DNA from: Alphaproteobacteria bacterium | GTDB taxonomy: Bacteria > Pseudomonadota > Alphaproteobacteria > UBA828 | Assembly (NCBI GenBank): GCA_965221125.1 | Contig: CBDCRW010000003.1 | Location: forward strand, 1 to 64,000 | DNA: 64,000 bases | Reading direction: 5' to 3' | The notes under the pieces: generated by a model | What the model was told of the DNA's origin: nothing | Database searches by the model: none | The model's input: the letters and a program-made list of their open reading frames with translations, nothing else | Program-made: the position numbers and the translations under genes | In this document: in pieces, positions 59,577 through 64,000 of the stretch | Layout of the letters: each line of letters begins with the position of its first letter | How positions within the stretch are numbered: position 1 is the first letter of the stretch

Positions 59577-61130
59577 CTAAACGTCGAAGTTGAGTCCGGC
59601 GCGCTTCGTCGCCTCCAGGAACTTGTCGTGCTGCGACTTCTGCGAGTCGTAGCCGAGCTTCTGCGTGATCTGCACCCACTCTTCCGCCGCCTCGTCGAGC
59701 GCGTCCTGCGCACCGATCTCGTCGGAAATGAAGCGCGAGATTGCGCGGCCGAGGGCATCGCCGTATTCGCCCGCACCTTCCCAGTAAATCTGCGGGAAGG
59801 CGTTCTCCACATTGGCCTGGCAGCCGTCGAGGTGACGCCGTGCCTGGTCGAATGTCTTGAAGATGCCGTCGTTGACCGGCCACAGCTCGTCGGTGCCGCG
59901 CTGCGGGTTGGGCTCGGTGTACATCTGCGCCGCTTCGTCGGTGAAGTGGGTCTTCCCATAGGGGTCGGAACCGCAGAACGGGTCGGCCACGATGTTCATC
60001 GAGTAGTCCGGGTGGGACATGCGGTAGATGAAGTACGCGGCGGCTTCCTTCACTTCTTCCGAGGCGTTGGCAGGCACGGCGAGTGTCCGGCTGTAGAGCG
60101 CGACCGGCGTGTGCTTCATGCTGCCGTCGGCCTGCTGGGTGCCGGGCACCAGCGCGGTCGCCTGATCCGACGCCCGCTCGAGGCCCTGACTGCGCACCGT
60201 GAACTCGGCCAGGTCGATCCACCAGACCGACATGACGTCCGCGCCCGATTCCCAGCGCGCGATCGTTTCGCCGATCGACATGGAGGTCTTCCCTGGCGGG
60301 CCGGTCTCCACGATCTCCTTGAACATCTCGAGCGATTCCGCGGCACGGCCCTGGTTGATCTGCGGGTTCATGTTGCGGTCGAAATAGGTGACGCCGTAGC
60401 TCCCCGCGACGTCGATCCAGAACCCCCATGAGAAGTTCGGCGGGTTCATGACGACCGACGTGCCGTAGATGTCCTGCGAGCTGTACTTGTCGGTGAAGAA
60501 GCGCGCCGTGTCGCGATACTCTTCCCACGTGGTGGGCACGGTCAGCTCGCGCTGGAAGCGCTTCGAGAACTCCTTCTGGTTGTCCGCATCGGCGAAATAG
60601 CTCGGCCGATAGTGCAGGTTGTGGATGTCGCCATCGACCATCAGACCATAGGTCTGGCCGCCCCACTGCGAATAGAATTCGCCGTAGCCCGGCATGATCC
60701 AGTCGAAGTACTCCGCGGATCCGCCGAAGTTATCGAGGTACTGGTCGAGCGGCTCGAGCAATCCGACTTCCGCGAAGAGGCCGAAGTAGAGGCTCGGCAT
60801 GCAGAACCAGTCGAAGCGCGGGTTGTTGGACAGGAGCTGCGGCACGATCTTCGCCGTGGTCTCACCCGCGTCGTAGAGCTCGCGGCTCTTCAGGCTGACG
60901 CCGGCTTCCGCCTGAAGCAGCGGCGACAGCCACATCGGCGCGTTCTGCCAGTTGTTGTCCCAGAGGCCCGCGACCTCGATGTCGTTGAAGCGCTTGTCGG
61001 CCTTGAGGCTGCCGGCGCCGAGGCCGGTTCCCATGCCGCCCAGCGCCAGCGCGCCGCCGGCCATGGCAGAGCCCTTGACGAAATCGCGGCGCGAGAGCCG
61101 CCTGTTAACGAGGTGTTTGAAAGCGCCCAT
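59577..61130 (-). CDS. Sugar-type ABC transporter substrate-binding protein, Tat-exported
   Basis: SRRDFVKG twin-arginine signal, GLLEPLD, VPTTWEEY, AQDALDEAAEEW. Confidence 0.88.
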   Translation of the reverse strand: MGAFKHLVNRRLSRRDFVKGSAMAGGALALGGMGTGLGAGSLKADKRFNDIEVAGLWDNNWQNAPMWLSPLLQAEAGVSLKSRELYDAGETTAKIVPQLLSNNPRFDWFCMPSLYFGLFAEVGLLEPLDQYLDNFGGSAEYFDWIMPGYGEFYSQWGGQTYGLMVDGDIHNLHYRPSYFADADNQKEFSKRFQRELTVPTTWEEYRDTARFFTDKYSSQDIYGTSVVMNPPNFSWGFWIDVAGSYGVTYFDRNMNPQINQGRAAESLEMFKEIVETGPPGKTSMSIGETIARWESGADVMSVWWIDLAEFTVRSQGLERASDQATALVPGTQQADGSMKHTPVALYSRTLAVPANASEEVKEAAAYFIYRMSHPDYSMNIVADPFCGSDPYGKTHFTDEAAQMYTEPNPQRGTDELWPVNDGIFKTFDQARRHLDGCQANVENAFPQIYWEGAGEYGDALGRAISRFISDEIGAQDALDEAAEEWVQITQKLGYDSQKSQHDKFLEATKRAGLNFDV

Positions 61131-61220
61131 GTTTCCCTCCTAGCTTTCCTGTCTCGGGGTTGGTGAATTTGCCGTGCGGAGCGAAGGCATCACTCGTTTC
61201 TCAGCCCAGCACGTCACGCG

Positions 61221-62327
61221 TCAAACAAGCAAGTCCTCCGTTTCGGCATCGAAAACCAGCACGTCGTCCGGGTGGTAGTAGAGTTCGACCTCTTCGTCCC
61301 GGCCGGCGCCATCGCTCGACGTGGTGACGGCCTGCAGCTGGGCGTCGCCACTGGTCAGCGTCAGGATCGAGCGCTCGCCGGAATACTCGTTGATGAGCAC
61401 CTTCGCGGTGATGCTGTTCTCCAGGCCATCCGCGAAGCGGGTCAGATTCTGCGGCCTGATTCCGACGATGTAGCCGTCGGCCCCGCGGCTGCGAATCTTC
61501 GTCATCCGTTCGGCCGACGGCTGAAACCGTGTGGCGCCGTCGTGGGTGACGAGCGTCACGTCGCCGCCCGCTTCCTCCGGCCGGACCTCGAAGAAGTTCG
61601 TCGGCGGCTCACCGATGAATCCGGCCACGAAGACGTTGTTCGGCGCATGGTACAGGTCGTCGCGCGTGCCGAACTGCTGCAGGCGGCCCTCGTGCATGAC
61701 CGCAACCCGGTCCGAGAGTGCGAGCGCCTCCATCTGGTCATGGGTGACGAACAGCATCGTGCGGCCCAACGACTGATGAATGCGGCGAAGCTCGATCATC
61801 ATCTGGAACTTCAGGTGGGCATCGAGATGGCTCATGACCTCGTCGAGGATGAACGCCGCCGGCTCGCGGATCAGCGCGCGGCCCAGCGATACCCGCTGCT
61901 GCTGGCCGCCCGAGAGCGCGCCGGGCTTCTGGTCGAGCACATCCTCGATCTGCAGGAGCCCGGCGATCCGCCGCACTTCCTGCCTCCTGTCCTCCTTGCT
62001 CACGCCCCGCACTTCCAGCGGGAATCCCAGGTTCTCCTCGATCGTGAAATTGGGATAGAGCGCGTAGGTCTCGAACGCCATGGCGACGTTGCGCTCCTGC
62101 GGCTCCATGTCGTTGACCACGGTGTCGTCGAAGCGGATTTCGCCCGACGTGACGGATTCGAGCCCGACGATCATCCTGAGCGTCGACGACTTGCCGCACC
62201 CCGACGGCCCCAGCAGCGAGACGAACTCGCCATCCGCGACGTTCAGCGAGAAGTCCTTGACCGCGTGCACGTTGCCCCGCCGGCTGCGGTAAATCTTGTC
62301 GATGCTGTCGAGCGTGACGCGGGCCAT
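61221..62327 (-). CDS. ABC transporter ATPase (MalK-like)
   Basis: GPSGCGKS, LSGGQQQR, FVTHDQ. Confidence 0.95.
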   Translation of the reverse strand: MARVTLDSIDKIYRSRRGNVHAVKDFSLNVADGEFVSLLGPSGCGKSSTLRMIVGLESVTSGEIRFDDTVVNDMEPQERNVAMAFETYALYPNFTIEENLGFPLEVRGVSKEDRRQEVRRIAGLLQIEDVLDQKPGALSGGQQQRVSLGRALIREPAAFILDEVMSHLDAHLKFQMMIELRRIHQSLGRTMLFVTHDQMEALALSDRVAVMHEGRLQQFGTRDDLYHAPNNVFVAGFIGEPPTNFFEVRPEEAGGDVTLVTHDGATRFQPSAERMTKIRSRGADGYIVGIRPQNLTRFADGLENSITAKVLINEYSGERSILTLTSGDAQLQAVTTSSDGAGRDEEVELYYHPDDVLVFDAETEDLLV

Positions 62328-62329
62328 GG

Positions 62330-63439
62330 CTAGAGCACCAGGTTCTTGCCGTCGTCGGGATCGAAGAAAAACGCCTGTGTCGTGTCGATGGCGAGGCGGA
62401 CGCGCTCGCCGTGCTCGTAGCGGTGTTCGGGCGACGACAGGGCCGTGATGGTGGCGCCGCCCGCCTCGGCGATCAGGATCGCGTGGGTGCCGAGCGGCTC
62501 GAACAGCGTGACGGTGCACTCGAAGACATGCTGATCGGCGCGGACGTCTTCTCCGTCCAGCACCACGGAGACATGCTGCGGGCGTATGCCGTAGGTGACC
62601 CGCCCCGTGCCCGCGCCGTTCAACCGCTGCACGTGGGGCCCTGCGACGGGCACGGCGAGCGAACTCTCGACGTGACGCGCGAGCAGGGCGCCGTTCTCCG
62701 AAGCCAGCTCGCAGCTGAGCACGTTGATCGACGGCTGGCCCATATGCTCGGCCACGAACAACGTCTCCGGTTTCTCGAACACCTCGTGGGCCCCGCCGAT
62801 CTGCACGAAACCGCCGGGGCCGGCGACGCCGATCCGATCCCCGAGAGAGAGCGCCTCCGCGTAATCGTGGGTGACGTAGATGGTCGCGACCTTGCGCAGC
62901 GCTTCGAGGGTGTGGAACTGCGCGCGCAGCTCGTGACGGATCTTGGCATCGAGGTGGCTGATCGGCTCGTCGAGCAGGAAGGCTTCCGGCTCCGCCACCA
63001 GCGTGCGCCCCAGCGCCGTGCGCTGCTTCTGCCCGCCCGATATCTCGGCCGGCCGGCGCCCGACCAGCTGGTCGATCTTGAGCAGGCGCGCCACGTCCAT
63101 CACGCGCTGCTGGACCTCGGCCCTCGGCAAGCGGCGTGCACGCAGGGGGCTCGCGATGTTCTCGAACACGCTGAGGTGGGGATAGAGCGCATAGGATTCG
63201 AAGGTCATCGCGACCCGGCGCCGGTAGGGCGGCAGCCGCGAGATGTCCTTGCCGCCCAGGATGATGCGCCCCTCGTTCGGCACCTCGAGGCCGGCGATCA
63301 GGCGAAGCAGCGTCGTCTTGCCGATGCCCGACGGCCCGACCACGACGAAGAACTCGCCCTCCTCGACGGTCAGGTCCATCCGGTCGATCACCGGAAAGTC
63401 CCAGCCCTTGCACAGTCCCTCGATTTCGAGCCGTGCCAT
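62330..63439 (-). CDS. ABC transporter ATPase (MalK-like), second subunit
   Basis: GPSGIGKT, ISGGQKQR, LLDEP, YVTHD. Confidence 0.95.
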   Translation of the reverse strand: MARLEIEGLCKGWDFPVIDRMDLTVEEGEFFVVVGPSGIGKTTLLRLIAGLEVPNEGRIILGGKDISRLPPYRRRVAMTFESYALYPHLSVFENIASPLRARRLPRAEVQQRVMDVARLLKIDQLVGRRPAEISGGQKQRTALGRTLVAEPEAFLLDEPISHLDAKIRHELRAQFHTLEALRKVATIYVTHDYAEALSLGDRIGVAGPGGFVQIGGAHEVFEKPETLFVAEHMGQPSINVLSCELASENGALLARHVESSLAVPVAGPHVQRLNGAGTGRVTYGIRPQHVSVVLDGEDVRADQHVFECTVTLFEPLGTHAILIAEAGGATITALSSPEHRYEHGERVRLAIDTTQAFFFDPDDGKNLVL

Positions 63440-63443
63440 GCGC

Positions 63444-64000
63444 CTAGCCCTTCACGACGCCGAGCGAGAGACCGCGCACCATGTAGCGGCGCAGCACCAG
63501 GAAGAGAATGACCGGCGGAAGCACCGCGATCAGCGAGAACAGCGCGGCGAGATTCCAGAGTTTTTGCGCACCCTGGACGAACCCCGGAGTCTGGATCGTG
63601 TTCACGGCCACGTTGGAGCCGACCAGCATGTTGGCGAACAGATACTCGTTCCAGGCGAAAATCCAGCAGAGCAGCGCCACCGACATCATGCCGGGCACGA
63701 CCTGCGGCAGGGTGATCTTGAAGAAGGCTCTGACCGGCGAGTAGCCGTCGAGGTACGCGGCTTCTTCCAGCTCGCGCGGCGCGTCGCGGAAGAAGACCAT
63801 CATCAACCAGGTCGCGAGCGGCATGTTGAAGACCAGGTAGAGGATGATCAGGGAAATGTGGTTGTCGGTCGATCCGAACACCGTGTCGAACGCGCGGAAC
63901 ATGGGCAGCAGGATCGCGACGGGCGGAAACATGCGGTTGGACAGGATCCAGAACGCCATGTTCTCGCCGCCGGCCTGGCGCGGGAAGCGCGCCAGGGCGT
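63444..64000 (-). CDS. Carbohydrate ABC permease (5'-partial)
   Basis: PRELEEAAYLDG EAA motif, FAWNEY, RGLSLGVVKG; frame runs off the window. Confidence 0.93.
   Translation of the reverse strand, partial: ALARFPRQAGGENMAFWILSNRMFPPVAILLPMFRAFDTVFGSTDNHISLIILYLVFNMPLATWLMMVFFRDAPRELEEAAYLDGYSPVRAFFKITLPQVVPGMMSVALLCWIFAWNEYLFANMLVGSNVAVNTIQTPGFVQGAQKLWNLAALFSLIAVLPPVILFLVLRRYMVRGLSLGVVKG

Overview
High-GC bacterial chromosome segment. Gene content and a tRNA-His with G-1/C73 point to an alphaproteobacterium of Rhodospirillales type; a marine or sponge-associated lifestyle is inference only. The first ~11.5 kb is the right part of an integrated mobile element. It carries a >1990-aa Calx-beta/FN3 autotransporter adhesin, a DUF6499-like remnant and two translationally coupled tyrosine integrases, and its right end truncates a host alpha/beta-hydrolase gene at ~11490. 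A complete IS21 (6369-9178, AGGTG target duplication) interrupts the downstream integrase just after its catalytic Tyr. The rest is mostly core and metabolic: glnE (degenerate second active site), an eroded nitrogen-catabolic cluster (amidohydrolase, GpuA-like ureohydrolase, aminotransferase, PxpC-like, biotin carrier, DadA, plus creatininase and deaminase stubs), amtB with a sigma54 promoter, nnr, comM, hisBHAFE, pxpA, ubiD, ubiA, rsmE, gshA, an HcnABC/opine-oxidase-like trio, hpnB, tRNA-His, ggt, holC, pepA, pckA, a MITE, a PhyH-HEAT fusion and a sugar-type ABC transporter. Signals absent from the ORF track: a stand-alone mini transcription unit whose RBS is a 17-nt complement of the 16S 3' end, a probable AUU start codon, a 43-aa membrane microprotein and a low-GC patch in the adhesin tip domain. 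All product calls come from motif recognition by eye; no searches were run.
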